This document shows positions 33,764 through 43,791 of a DNA stretch of 64,000 bases, piece by piece. The stretch lies in assembly GCA_963727805.1 (NCBI GenBank), contig CAVSHF010000005.1:448001-512000 (forward strand), written 5' to 3'. How positions within the stretch are numbered: position 1 is the first letter of the stretch; each line of letters opens with the position of its first letter. The position numbers and the translations under genes are program-made. Origin of the DNA: an uncultured Nitrospiraceae bacterium. Lineage in GTDB: Bacteria > Nitrospirota > Thermodesulfovibrionia > Thermodesulfovibrionales > Dissulfurispiraceae. Below the pieces are notes generated by a model. It ran no database searches. It saw only the letters and a list, made by a program, of their open reading frames with translations, and was not told where the DNA came from.

Positions 33764-33779
33764 AGCAATGTCTGTGCCT
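33764..33779 (-). promoter_or_regulatory. Sigma54 (-24/-12) promoter upstream of the porin gene
   Basis: aGGcacagacattGCt, GG-N10-GC. Confidence 0.75.
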
Positions 33780-33959
33780 CGCTAACCGGATAAACCAAGA
33801 TCCTAAATGTAATCAAATTACATCTATATTTTAATTAGTTGCAGAATTTCGATTCTGAGGCTGCAATAAAGATGCGTTTAGAGATACGTTAAGAGATTAA
33901 CGCCTTAACATGGAGATTAACAGTCGGAGGGCAAAATGCAATGGACAAGAGGACTTAAT

Positions 33960-35486
33960 CTAGCCTTTCGATCGTTCGTAGGTTTCCTCGAACTCACCCG
34001 CCAGGTTCTTGAAGGCTTGCAGCACCAACGGATCGAAGTGATGAGGCATAGTCCTGCCATCCCCTTCCACAATAATCCGGTATACGGTTTTATGGTCGAA
34101 CGATGGCTTATATACCCGCTCATTCCGAAGCGCGTCATACTGGTCTGCTATAGTAACTATCCTCCCTTCGAGAGGGATCTGATCACTCACCAGACCAAGG
34201 GGATATCCGCTCCCATCCCATCTTTCATGGTGAGTCAACGCGATATTGCCCGCCATCCCCAGCCTGAGATGCTCCCCGATGATCTTCTTACCGTAGAGAG
34301 TATGCTTCTTTATCTCCTCCCATTCTTCCGGAGTATGCTTTCCCGGCTTCTTCAGGATATCGGGAGGAGTATGGATCTTGCCGACATCGTGCATCTGCGC
34401 CTGGATTCTTATTGTCCTCACAAAAGCCTCGGGCATGCCAAGCTTGCGGGCGATTAGGGAACTGTATTCGCCAACCCTCACAATATGGTTTCCTGTATCC
34501 TCATCATTCAGTTCCGATGCGCGGGCAAGGGCATAAACAGTGTACTCGAAGGCATCCTCAGTCTCTTTGATTTGACTCGAGAGCGATTTCAAAAATAGGG
34601 CCTGCATAACCAGGCTGTCGAGGACAGCTGCGTCATGGGACGTGATATCTCTCCCATAATCCATAGCGATGATGCAAAAATCGTGGCTCGCGTGGAGAAC
34701 CATGTTAACGGTGCTCATGTTGAGCAAGCCGGCAATCTTCAAAAAGGGCTGAGTTTCGGATCGCATCATATCAGACGTATTGCAGATCAAGGTTGCCGAT
34801 TTTCCCTTTTCGGGCAAACTAACTGTGCACTGGATATCTCCGTGCAGTTCGTTCCTGCTCAGTCCTGCAAAAGCATATTCATATTGATACCACTTCCATG
34901 TGCTCAATCGTTCGTCAAATACTCCGACGACAACCACGCGTGGTTTGTCACTCGTTTCGGGGTCCCTCCGTATAATCTGCCCGACGATACTGTCGATCTT
35001 CGACATAAACTCAAAAGAGAAAGGATCAAACGCCTTGACGATACTCTCTCCGAATGAAACAAGATTATTTATATTGGCATACGCCGAATTGAGGCTGTCG
35101 TTCAGCTCCTTCATCCTAAGGAGCATTTTAATCCTTGCCACTACTTCAGCCTGATCAAACGGCTTTGATATAAAATCCTCAGCACCAGCCTCGATACCTT
35201 TGATGCGGTCCTTCTTCGACGCCAGTGCGGTAATCATGACAACAGGAATATTCCGGTAACGCTCGTCATTTTTAATGGCCTTGCATACTTCAAAACCGTT
35301 CATTTCGGGCATCATGACATCCAGAAGAGCCAGATCGATATTGAGCTTTCCAATCTGGTCAAGAGCCTCCCTGCCGTTCTGCGCCTTGACAACCTCATAC
35401 CCCCGGGGAACCAGCACCGCTTCAAGGAGCTTCAGATTAGCCGGTTCGTCATCTGCGCACAGTATTTTTTTTATGCCCCTAAGCAT
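33960..35486 (-). CDS. REC + HD-GYP cyclic-dinucleotide phosphodiesterase
   Basis: ADDE..LLDVMMP REC; HDVGK, HHERWDGSGYP, RVYK. Confidence 0.92.
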   Translation of the reverse strand: MLRGIKKILCADDEPANLKLLEAVLVPRGYEVVKAQNGREALDQIGKLNIDLALLDVMMPEMNGFEVCKAIKNDERYRNIPVVMITALASKKDRIKGIEAGAEDFISKPFDQAEVVARIKMLLRMKELNDSLNSAYANINNLVSFGESIVKAFDPFSFEFMSKIDSIVGQIIRRDPETSDKPRVVVVGVFDERLSTWKWYQYEYAFAGLSRNELHGDIQCTVSLPEKGKSATLICNTSDMMRSETQPFLKIAGLLNMSTVNMVLHASHDFCIIAMDYGRDITSHDAAVLDSLVMQALFLKSLSSQIKETEDAFEYTVYALARASELNDEDTGNHIVRVGEYSSLIARKLGMPEAFVRTIRIQAQMHDVGKIHTPPDILKKPGKHTPEEWEEIKKHTLYGKKIIGEHLRLGMAGNIALTHHERWDGSGYPLGLVSDQIPLEGRIVTIADQYDALRNERVYKPSFDHKTVYRIIVEGDGRTMPHHFDPLVLQAFKNLAGEFEETYERSKG

Positions 35487-36050
35487 GTCCCTCTCTCGCC
35501 TGAATATTTATTCTCTATTTTACTATACCGGCACTACTCTACGCCTCTTTTACATTTCTCCCGAAAGAGACTTTAGATTGCCCAAGACGATGAAAATGAT
35601 CAAGCTCATGATGACTAACCCATCAGAAGGTTCTTTACAATGCAGCCATTATCCATAATATTCGTATGCCTTCCCACAAAGTTATCTGACCTGCAAAATA
35701 TAAACCACTCAATATCAATTGTAGGAGAATACATGCTGATTGTCGATCACTTTTAAATCCCTAATACCAACGGCAACGCTGATCTCCGCCTGAACGAGTT
35801 GCGTCTTCTTTATCAGAGCGCATCATTTCATAGGCAAAATTAAATTACGTACTAGAGTAGTATCGCAATATTTTAGGATATATTAGGAGAGGTGATTAGT
35901 ATTGTGTAGATGGACTATGGGAGTGGTGTTATGCCCTTGAATGATAGTAATTTCACCAAAACACTATGCATAATAACTCAGCGTCACGCACATCAGCGTA
36001 TTATTAACTTACAGATCAATTAGATCCAGGCGGCATGGGAGGATTGCCTA

Positions 36051-36066
36051 TGGCATGACACTTGCT
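36051..36066 (+). promoter_or_regulatory. Sigma54 promoter motif
   Basis: tGGcatgacacttGCt. Confidence 0.65.
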
Positions 36067-36077
36067 TCTATTATTCC

Positions 36078-36452
36078 GTGAAAAAAATATTAGTGGTTGA
36101 CGATAATGACTTGATGCTTTATAGCTTTGTGAAGACTTTTTGTCGCTACCCTGCGGAAATCTCCATCGCCCGCAACGGCATCGATGCATTGGTCAAGATT
36201 TCGTCTGACTTATACGACGTGTGTCTACTTGACACTCCCCTTTCTGATATCGACGGTATCGATATCATGAAGCGGATAAAGACGCTTTCGCCAGCCACAA
36301 AGATAGCATTTATCACGGCATCGCCTATGAGTGATGATTCAAGGGATTTCGTTGAAAAAGAGTCAATACATTCTATTTCAAAGCCTTTCGAACTGGCCGA
36401 AATGAAAATGATCATCAAAAATTTACTGGAGGATGCAAGTCCGTCTCTATAA
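36078..36452 (+). CDS. Single-domain response regulator
   Basis: ILVVDDN, CLLD, ITA, SKPF. Confidence 0.85.
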   Translation: MKKILVVDDNDLMLYSFVKTFCRYPAEISIARNGIDALVKISSDLYDVCLLDTPLSDIDGIDIMKRIKTLSPATKIAFITASPMSDDSRDFVEKESIHSISKPFELAEMKMIIKNLLEDASPSL

Positions 36453-36604
36453 AATCACTGGACCGCTTAGATGTGCCATCGTTGACAGTCAACAGGGGGA
36501 AAAGGGACATTTTCATTTTACCGAAAATCAGACATTATTTATTTTACCTTGACAGAAATATGCAATAGATTGACAGTTACATAAAATTTTGTTAATAAAG
36601 AAGT

Positions 36605-37231
36605 ATGCATAGATACAATTCTTCAGGTATGCTAATGATTAGGCTCTTCCATATATTATATTTTCTGGTGATAGTTCTCTTTTGGGTCGCGTCCGAATCG
36701 GCCCGGGCATCTGACTGTCTCGAATGCCACAAGGATCTAACAGAGGGCAAGGTAGTGCATGCGGCCGTTCAGATGGGTTGCGAAAGCTGCCACACAGGGG
36801 TTGACGCATCCGCGATTCCGCATAAGTTCATCGGCAACAAAGGGCTCAAGGCACAACCTCCAACTCTTTGTTATGAATGCCATTCCAAGGATACTTTTAC
36901 AAAAAAAATTCAGCACGTCCCAGTTTCAAAAGGTATGTGCCTGAGCTGCCATGTCCCGCATTCGGGGCCGAACGACGCACTGCTTTTGAAGGATACATAC
37001 CAGCTTTGTATACAATGTCATGAGAATGTCGACAAAAAGCCCCACGCGGTGTTCGGTACCCCTCCGCGAAGTCACGTGCTCAGGGGCCATCAAGATCCCA
37101 ATCGGGAAGGGAAGCGTTTTGATTGCTTAAGTTGTCATTTGCCTCACTCCTCTGCCTGGGGGAAATTATTCCGATATGAAGCACAGAACACAGCAGGGCT
37201 CTGCAAGAATTGTCATGATTTTATGCAGTAA
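36605..37231 (+). CDS. Heptaheme cytochrome c
   Basis: Signal peptide and seven CxxCH. Confidence 0.9.
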   Translation: MHRYNSSGMLMIRLFHILYFLVIVLFWVASESARASDCLECHKDLTEGKVVHAAVQMGCESCHTGVDASAIPHKFIGNKGLKAQPPTLCYECHSKDTFTKKIQHVPVSKGMCLSCHVPHSGPNDALLLKDTYQLCIQCHENVDKKPHAVFGTPPRSHVLRGHQDPNREGKRFDCLSCHLPHSSAWGKLFRYEAQNTAGLCKNCHDFMQ

Positions 37232-37316
37232 AGCTAATTGATCAATCAGGCGTGACATCTCTTGATTATTGGATTTCTGAACAGCACATCGTTGAGCTAG
37301 AATTGATGGCAGTAGT

Positions 37317-38445
37317 GATGTTCTTGATATAGGGGTTTGCGGAACAGAAGGGGTCTATTTTGCAACCTTCCACGAACGGCTGGACGGCGAGTCATAACCC
37401 CATTGACTATAATGGCATGAAACTGGTGCAGGAGGATGCGCGACCGATCAGCGGAGATACCGGTTTTAACGACATCAAGGAACTGGTGCGAGCCAACTGT
37501 TTTGAACCGGTGGATAGAATCGGAACCGTTGTGCCGTTGAACATCGAGTCTGCATATATATCCCACCTGCTTGGCTACGTGGACGTCTCTTCCCTGCGTC
37601 CGCTGAAGGTTGTAGTGAATTCTGGAAACGGCTGCGCCGGCAGGGTCATTGACCTACTTGAAAAGAGTCTTCCGGTATCGTTTATCAAAGTAAATCACCA
37701 ACCGGACGGGAGCTTTCCCAACGGTGTACCAAACCCTCTGCTGCCTGAAAATCGTGCCGCGACGATTGCCGCTGTGCGGGACAGCCGGGCGGACATCGGT
37801 ATTGCCTGGGACGGTGATTTTGACCGCTGTTTTTTGTTTGATGAACAGGGTGCGTTTGTCGAAGGTTACTATGTAGTTGGGCTCTTGTCATCTGCCATTC
37901 TGGCAAAGCACCCAAGTGGCCGCATCATTCACGACCCGCGTCTTACCTGGAATACAGTGGACATGGCGAGCAATGCCGGCGGGGTTCCGGTCATGACCAA
38001 GACAGGGCATGCATTCATCAAAGAACGAATGCGTGCGGAAGATGCTGTGTATGGTGGAGAGATGAGCGCTCACCATTATTTCAGGGATTTCGCTTATTGT
38101 GACAGCGGCATGATCCCTTGGCTTCTGGTGCTGGAGATTATGAGCAGTACCGGGCTGGCATTATCGAAGCTCGTCGTCGATAGGATCGGGCTTTTTCCGG
38201 TCAGCGGCGAGATCAACCGGACACTTGCCAATCCCGAAGCAGCCATCGAACGGATACGTCAGCACTACATTCCGCTGCATCCGGGCGTTGACTACACCGA
38301 CGGCCTTTCTAGGGAGTTTGAACAGTGGCGTTTTAACATTCGTCGTTCCCACACAGAGCCTGTTGTTCGCCTCAATGTCGAAGCGAGGGGCGATGAGACC
38401 CTCATGCGGGAGAAGACATAAGAGCTCCTCCGCCTGATAGATTAA
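37317..38445 (+). pseudogene. manB: Phosphomannomutase (ManB/CpsG) pseudogene
   Basis: N-terminus missing. [24 protein letters not shown] is out of frame with TASHNP. DGDFDR and GEMSAH are present. Premature TAA at 38419 precedes ELLRLID*. Confidence 0.82.
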
Positions 38446-38476
38446 ATCCTCAAATGAGAACAAGGAGAGCTGTCGC

Positions 38477-39562
38477 ATGAAAAAAGCGCTTATTACCGGT
38501 ATCACGGGCCAGGACGGGGCATATCTGGCAGAATTCCTGCTCAAGAAAGGGTACATTGTGCATGGAATTAAACGCAGGGCGTCTATGTTTAATACAGGTA
38601 GGATCGACCATTTGTACCAGGACCCCCATGAGAAACAATTGAATTTAGTGTTGCATTATGGTGATCTTACGGATTCGACCAATCTAATTCGTATCATTCA
38701 GGAAGTGCAGCCTGATGAAATTTATAACCTTGCGGCACAGAGCCATGTGAAAGTTTCTTTTGAAACGCCGGAGTACACAGCGAATTCAGATGCCGTGGGG
38801 ACATTGAGACTTCTTGAAGCAATCAGGATATTAAGTTTGGAGAAAAAGACACGTTTCTATCAGGCCTCAACCTCGGAATTATACGGGAAAGTCCAGGAAT
38901 CGCCCCAAACAGAGAAAACCCCCTTTTACCCCAGAAGTCCTTATGCCGCTGCAAAACTCTACGCATATTGGATAACGGTGAACTACCGTGAAGCGTATGG
39001 TTTATTCGCCTGTAACGGCATTCTTTTCAACCACGAATCGCCGTTACGGGGTGAGACTTTTGTCACTAGAAAAATTACAAGGGCCGTGGCGAGGAAGAAG
39101 CTCGGCTTGCAGGATAAGCTTTTCTTGGGGAGTTTGGATTCCAGGCGTGACTGGGGCCATGCCAAAGATTACGTAGAGGCACAGTGGCTGATGCTTCAGC
39201 AGGACAGCCCTGAAGATTATGTGATAGCCACTGGCGAGCAGCATTCCGTCCGGGACTTTGTCGAAGCGGCTTTTAATGAAATCGGGATCAGGGTCAGCTG
39301 GGAAGGGAAGGGTATTAGCGAAAAAGGGTACGATTATCATAAAGGTGAGGTCCTGGTGGAGGTTGATCCGAGATATTTCCGCCCGACAGAAGTGGAGACA
39401 TTACTTGGTGATCCGTCTAAAGCAGCAGAAAAGCTGGGATGGAAGGCGAAAATCGGCTTTCATGAGCTGGTTGCTGAGATGGTAAGAGAGGACATAAAAG
39501 AAGCCGAGCGAGATCTGTTCTGTAAAAAAAGCGGGTTTAAAACATTCAGATATTATGAATAA
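38477..39562 (+). CDS. gmd: GDP-mannose 4,6-dehydratase
   Basis: [36 protein letters not shown]. Confidence 0.97.
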   Translation: MKKALITGITGQDGAYLAEFLLKKGYIVHGIKRRASMFNTGRIDHLYQDPHEKQLNLVLHYGDLTDSTNLIRIIQEVQPDEIYNLAAQSHVKVSFETPEYTANSDAVGTLRLLEAIRILSLEKKTRFYQASTSELYGKVQESPQTEKTPFYPRSPYAAAKLYAYWITVNYREAYGLFACNGILFNHESPLRGETFVTRKITRAVARKKLGLQDKLFLGSLDSRRDWGHAKDYVEAQWLMLQQDSPEDYVIATGEQHSVRDFVEAAFNEIGIRVSWEGKGISEKGYDYHKGEVLVEVDPRYFRPTEVETLLGDPSKAAEKLGWKAKIGFHELVAEMVREDIKEAERDLFCKKSGFKTFRYYE

Positions 39563-40550
39563 ATCAGCGAAAATATATGTTGCCGGACACCGGGGACTTG
39601 CAGGTTCGGCAATCGTCCGCAAGCTTAACGCAGAGGGCTATACCAAATTAATAGTGCGCACTAGCAACGAACTGGACCTGCGAAATCAGGCTGATGTTGC
39701 TGTTTTTTTCGAGCGGGAAAGGCCGGAATATGTTTTTCTCGCTGCGGCAAAGGTAGGCGGCATTGTCGCCAATAACACCTATCCGGCTGAATTCATTTAC
39801 GATAACCTGATGATCCAGAGCAACATCATTCACCAGTCTTATCTAACCGGTGTAAAAAGACTGCTGTTTTTGGGAAGCACTTGTATCTATCCAAAGCATG
39901 CCCCACAGCCCATGAAAGAAGAATACTTTCTCACCGGACCGCTGGAGCCAACCAACGATGCGTATGCTGTGGCCAAGATAGCAGGAATCACCATGTGCCG
40001 CTCATACAATCGCCAGTATGGCACACAGTTTTTAGCTGCCATGCCGACAAATCTGTATGGACCGGGCGATAACTTTGAACTTGAGACCTCCCATGTCCTG
40101 CCGGCACTTATGCGCAAGTTTCACGAAGCACAGGCTTCCGCAACTCCGACGGTAACTGTCTGGGGCAGCGGTACTCCGAAACGGGAATTTCTGCATGTTG
40201 ACGACCTCGCAGACGCCTGCCTGTTCCTAATGAATCTTCCCAAGGATGAATTCTTATCAATTCTCACACATTGCGATTCGCCTGCCCTGATAAACGTAGG
40301 CAGCGGTGAAGAGAGGACAATCCGTGAGCTGGCGCTTCTCATAAAGGAGATAGTTGGCTTTACCGGGGCGCTGGAATTTGACGGTACAAAACCCGACGGA
40401 ACGCCACGCAAACTCAGCGATATCGGCAAGATCGCAACGCTCGGGTGGAGACATAAGATCAAGTTGGAAAATGGCATAAGGAGAACGTATGAGTGGTATA
40501 GGGCATCCGAGCCTCTTCACTATCCCCCTGAACCACCGACCCCAGCATAG
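39555..40550 (+). CDS. fcl: GDP-L-fucose synthase
   Basis: [38 protein letters not shown]. Confidence 0.96.
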   Translation: MNKSAKIYVAGHRGLAGSAIVRKLNAEGYTKLIVRTSNELDLRNQADVAVFFERERPEYVFLAAAKVGGIVANNTYPAEFIYDNLMIQSNIIHQSYLTGVKRLLFLGSTCIYPKHAPQPMKEEYFLTGPLEPTNDAYAVAKIAGITMCRSYNRQYGTQFLAAMPTNLYGPGDNFELETSHVLPALMRKFHEAQASATPTVTVWGSGTPKREFLHVDDLADACLFLMNLPKDEFLSILTHCDSPALINVGSGEERTIRELALLIKEIVGFTGALEFDGTKPDGTPRKLSDIGKIATLGWRHKIKLENGIRRTYEWYRASEPLHYPPEPPTPA

Positions 40551-40771
40551 CTGAGGCCATAATGCATAGCAAGGTAATATGTGGGACTATGAGTTTCTTA
40601 TCCTTGCACGGGTGATCATATTTTTATCGGCTGCATATATATTATGCAATACCGTCCGAGCCGATTGAATCCACATAAGCTCGTTGCCGCACCGGATTAC
40701 CAAGGGAATAACGGCAATTTGACTATATCTTTTTTTCAACAGTAGGCGCAGCCCAGTTAGGGATAAGGTAT

Positions 40772-41083
40772 TTACTTCTCCTTTGATTCAAGCATGAACT
40801 TGTACAAAGCCTGGCACCTATCTAATCTTCGCAGATAAACTCTTCTCTGTATTTCGTCTTGTTTTTGGATAATTGGCTTTAACCTGTCACACCTATCAAT
40901 CAACTGCGTTAGCTGATCCTTTGTTAAGTCCATCGCGTCATCAGTCTGTGAGCAGACCGCCTCAAATTCCCTTTGCCACGCATCCACTGCATACACAAGT
41001 CCCGGTTCTGAGAATGTCGCAGCAAAAAAAGTAGCCAAAGAGATGATACAGAATATAAAACCTATCACCCCTGATGCTTTCAT
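40772..41083 (-). CDS. Small exported helical protein, last gene of the cytochrome cluster
   Basis: Signal peptide; ATGA overlap with the upstream cytochrome; three Cys in the mature part. Confidence 0.75.
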   Translation of the reverse strand: MKASGVIGFIFCIISLATFFAATFSEPGLVYAVDAWQREFEAVCSQTDDAMDLTKDQLTQLIDRCDRLKPIIQKQDEIQRRVYLRRLDRCQALYKFMLESKEK

Positions 41084-42009
41084 TTGTCTGTTCCATGGTT
41101 GTGACCGAGGTTTTGCTTAACAGGTTGCCGTTCATTCTCACTGGATTCCGGTTGCTGAAGCGGTTCCCGTTGTTCGGGCTGATGCTCAGACTGTTCATCG
41201 ACCAACTTTGTATGGCATCTCTGACAATCAAGCAATGGAAAAGCGACTTTCCCATGGCATACACCGCAATACTTTCCTTCAAAGATCTCCGGCATGGAGT
41301 ATTTGGTTAGCCCTTTTTTCACCCCTGAGAATATTTCAGGATGACACAATTCACAACCGTTCCAAACAATATGTTTCTTATGAGAAAAGATGATCTGAGG
41401 CATCCCCTCAACTTTGGGCTCCAGAGAAAAATCTTTCTGAATTTTAAGCGATGGCCTCTTCACAGATATTCCCGGTAGAAATCCAATCGGATTGATCAAA
41501 CCTCTTTCTTCTGCCTTTTCCCAATCTATGCCGTTGCCAAACCGTTCCTTCGGCAATTTTTCAGTAAACTTACTAAAATCGTATTCTTTTTTCACCTCTT
41601 TGCCCAAGGAATGGCATCTCTCACATCTATTCAAATCCTTATGTCCATACTCCTTTGAACATGCTTCAAAGACCTTTCTGTCCTGCCATTGCATCTTACC
41701 ATTGTGACATGTACCGCAATAGTATCCTTTACTGTTGTCTGCCGCCCTAATGCCTGTCGCTCCGGCCTTCATCGCAAATGCGATATCTACGTGGCAAAGC
41801 CTACAAGTGAAATTAGATCTATGAAGCCAGTGGTCAAATACAACTGGAGCCAAATAAGCTTTTTCCGAGTAATTATTAATCACAACCCTTCCATATTCGA
41901 ACGGTAAGGGTCTTTTTTTCTTTACCCCGGTTTGAGCTAGCGTCAAGCCCGCAAAGGCAAGAACTAAAATCAGTATCACAAATACTCTCTTCATATGTTT
42001 CCTCCCCAT
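41080..42009 (-). CDS. Hexaheme cytochrome with two c7-type triheme modules
   Basis: VVFDHWLH, FSHKKH, six CxxCH. Confidence 0.9.
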   Translation of the reverse strand: MGRKHMKRVFVILILVLAFAGLTLAQTGVKKKRPLPFEYGRVVINNYSEKAYLAPVVFDHWLHRSNFTCRLCHVDIAFAMKAGATGIRAADNSKGYYCGTCHNGKMQWQDRKVFEACSKEYGHKDLNRCERCHSLGKEVKKEYDFSKFTEKLPKERFGNGIDWEKAEERGLINPIGFLPGISVKRPSLKIQKDFSLEPKVEGMPQIIFSHKKHIVWNGCELCHPEIFSGVKKGLTKYSMPEIFEGKYCGVCHGKVAFPLLDCQRCHTKLVDEQSEHQPEQREPLQQPESSENERQPVKQNLGHNHGTDK

Positions 42010-42058
42010 GCTGACTTAACAAGACGGTCCTCAAAAGTATTGGGCGGTCATCTCCCGA

Positions 42059-42871
42059 TTAATGCAACTGCTTCACATGACACCTCTGGCATTCGGCAAT
42101 CGGGAAAGCTACATTGAGATGACATAAACCGCAGTATTCCCCCCTCGCGATCTCGAACATCGTATATTTCACGTCACCTCTCTTGACGCTCGGAAAAATT
42201 TCGGGGTGGCAGACCTCACAGCCGTTCCACTTGGCATGTTTCTTATGGGAGAATATTATGTCTGCTGATATCCATTGGCCCCTTGCCTTGATAATGAAAT
42301 CCTCTTGCGGCTTAATCGCTTTCCTCTTCACCGATATCCCTTTTAAAAAATCAACAAGGTGAATTCTGCCCTCTTCTTCAGCTGCCTCCCAATCTATACC
42401 GTTGCCGAGTCCTTTTTTAGGGAGGCGCTCAGTAAAGGTAGCAAAGTCGTATTCTTTCTTGACTTCCTTATCGAAAGAATGACACCGGTCACAACGCTGA
42501 TCCTTCACATCCTCCGATTTGGTAGAGCAAGTCGCAAACACTTTCTTGTCTTCAAAAACAAAAGTGCCGTTATGACATGACCCGCAATAAAATCCTTTTT
42601 CGTTTGTTTCAGCTTTGATTCTGGTTCCCCCCGCCTCCATGGCGAACCCAATATCCACATGACACAGCCTGCAGGTAAAACGAGCTCTGTGGAGCCAATG
42701 ATTAAATACCACAGGAGCACGGCCGGCACGGACCGAATAATTCTTTATAACGACCTGTCCATATTCCTGAGGGGGTACCGCGGTAAAAGCGGACAGTTCA
42801 TTGTTAACGCCAAGAACTCCGCCAATGACAAGGAAAACTATGCCCCAATTAATCACTCCTCTCAATAACAT
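42059..42871 (-). CDS. Hexaheme cytochrome with two c7-type modules (paralog of 41080-42009)
   Basis: VVFNHWLH, GNGIDWE, FSHKKH, six CxxCH. Confidence 0.9.
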   Translation of the reverse strand: MLLRGVINWGIVFLVIGGVLGVNNELSAFTAVPPQEYGQVVIKNYSVRAGRAPVVFNHWLHRARFTCRLCHVDIGFAMEAGGTRIKAETNEKGFYCGSCHNGTFVFEDKKVFATCSTKSEDVKDQRCDRCHSFDKEVKKEYDFATFTERLPKKGLGNGIDWEAAEEEGRIHLVDFLKGISVKRKAIKPQEDFIIKARGQWISADIIFSHKKHAKWNGCEVCHPEIFPSVKRGDVKYTMFEIARGEYCGLCHLNVAFPIAECQRCHVKQLH

Positions 42872-42878
42872 GGCATCA

Positions 42879-43787
42879 CTATTGTACTATACTGAATATC
42901 TCAACTCTGTTATTGTCCCTGTCTGCAATGAACAGATCGCCGCTGTTTGTGATGCATATTTGGGTCGGATAGTGAAGAAAGCCCTCTTTCCACCCTTGGG
43001 CCAAATGCCTTGCCTGAAAGGAGCCATCCCTGTTGACGGTAATAATCGTACTGCTGTTCTGGTCTGACAGGAATATGGTCCCCATGCTATCAATAGTGAT
43101 ATTGGCAGCGAAAGTTATGTTCTCTTTCAAGGATTTCGTCAGGGGAGTAAAACCTTGGGCGTCCTTACCGGCAGCGTATACGATGGAATTTACGCTATCA
43201 ATCAGAAATATCGCACCTTGAGCGTCCACTGCAAGATCTGATATGAAACCATATCCATCGGGAAATGGCAGCGACCGCATGAATTTGCCTGCTGGATCGA
43301 GAACCAGCACTCGTCCATTAAATATATCAAGGATATAAATAGCATCGGTTCTATCGATACTGAAGCTCCTCGGCATAAAATCAGAGGGAGCCGGTAGTCC
43401 CTGGGGTGTGATATAACCCGTTAGCGCACCCTCCGGGCTTATCCGGGCAATGCGACGCTGCTTTCCGTCAAGAACGAAGATTTCTCCCTTTGAATTCACA
43501 TGGACCCGCAGTGGATTGGACAGTCCTGAAACTGACAGCTCATCTCCCCCCTTCAATACGCCGTCAACGAACGTATACTTGAGCAGATGATTCCCCCCCG
43601 TATCGGCAACTACAACGAGCGATTTATAGTTGCAGGCGACCCCCTCTGGCAGTTTTATGGCGCCACCCTTGCTGTCAGTGTATATTGAAGCCACAAACCG
43701 AAGTTTGGTTGAGTCGGCACTGAATGCGCCAATCGGCAGGAGCAGAAGTACTACTACAGTAACCAGTTTTATTATCCTCTTTATCAT
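42879..43787 (-). CDS. Exported NHL-repeat beta-propeller protein
   Basis: Repeated P.G..../VADTG, LFIADRDNNRV. Confidence 0.88.
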   Translation of the reverse strand: MIKRIIKLVTVVVLLLLPIGAFSADSTKLRFVASIYTDSKGGAIKLPEGVACNYKSLVVVADTGGNHLLKYTFVDGVLKGGDELSVSGLSNPLRVHVNSKGEIFVLDGKQRRIARISPEGALTGYITPQGLPAPSDFMPRSFSIDRTDAIYILDIFNGRVLVLDPAGKFMRSLPFPDGYGFISDLAVDAQGAIFLIDSVNSIVYAAGKDAQGFTPLTKSLKENITFAANITIDSMGTIFLSDQNSSTIITVNRDGSFQARHLAQGWKEGFLHYPTQICITNSGDLFIADRDNNRVEIFSIVQ

Positions 43788-43791
43788 TTGA

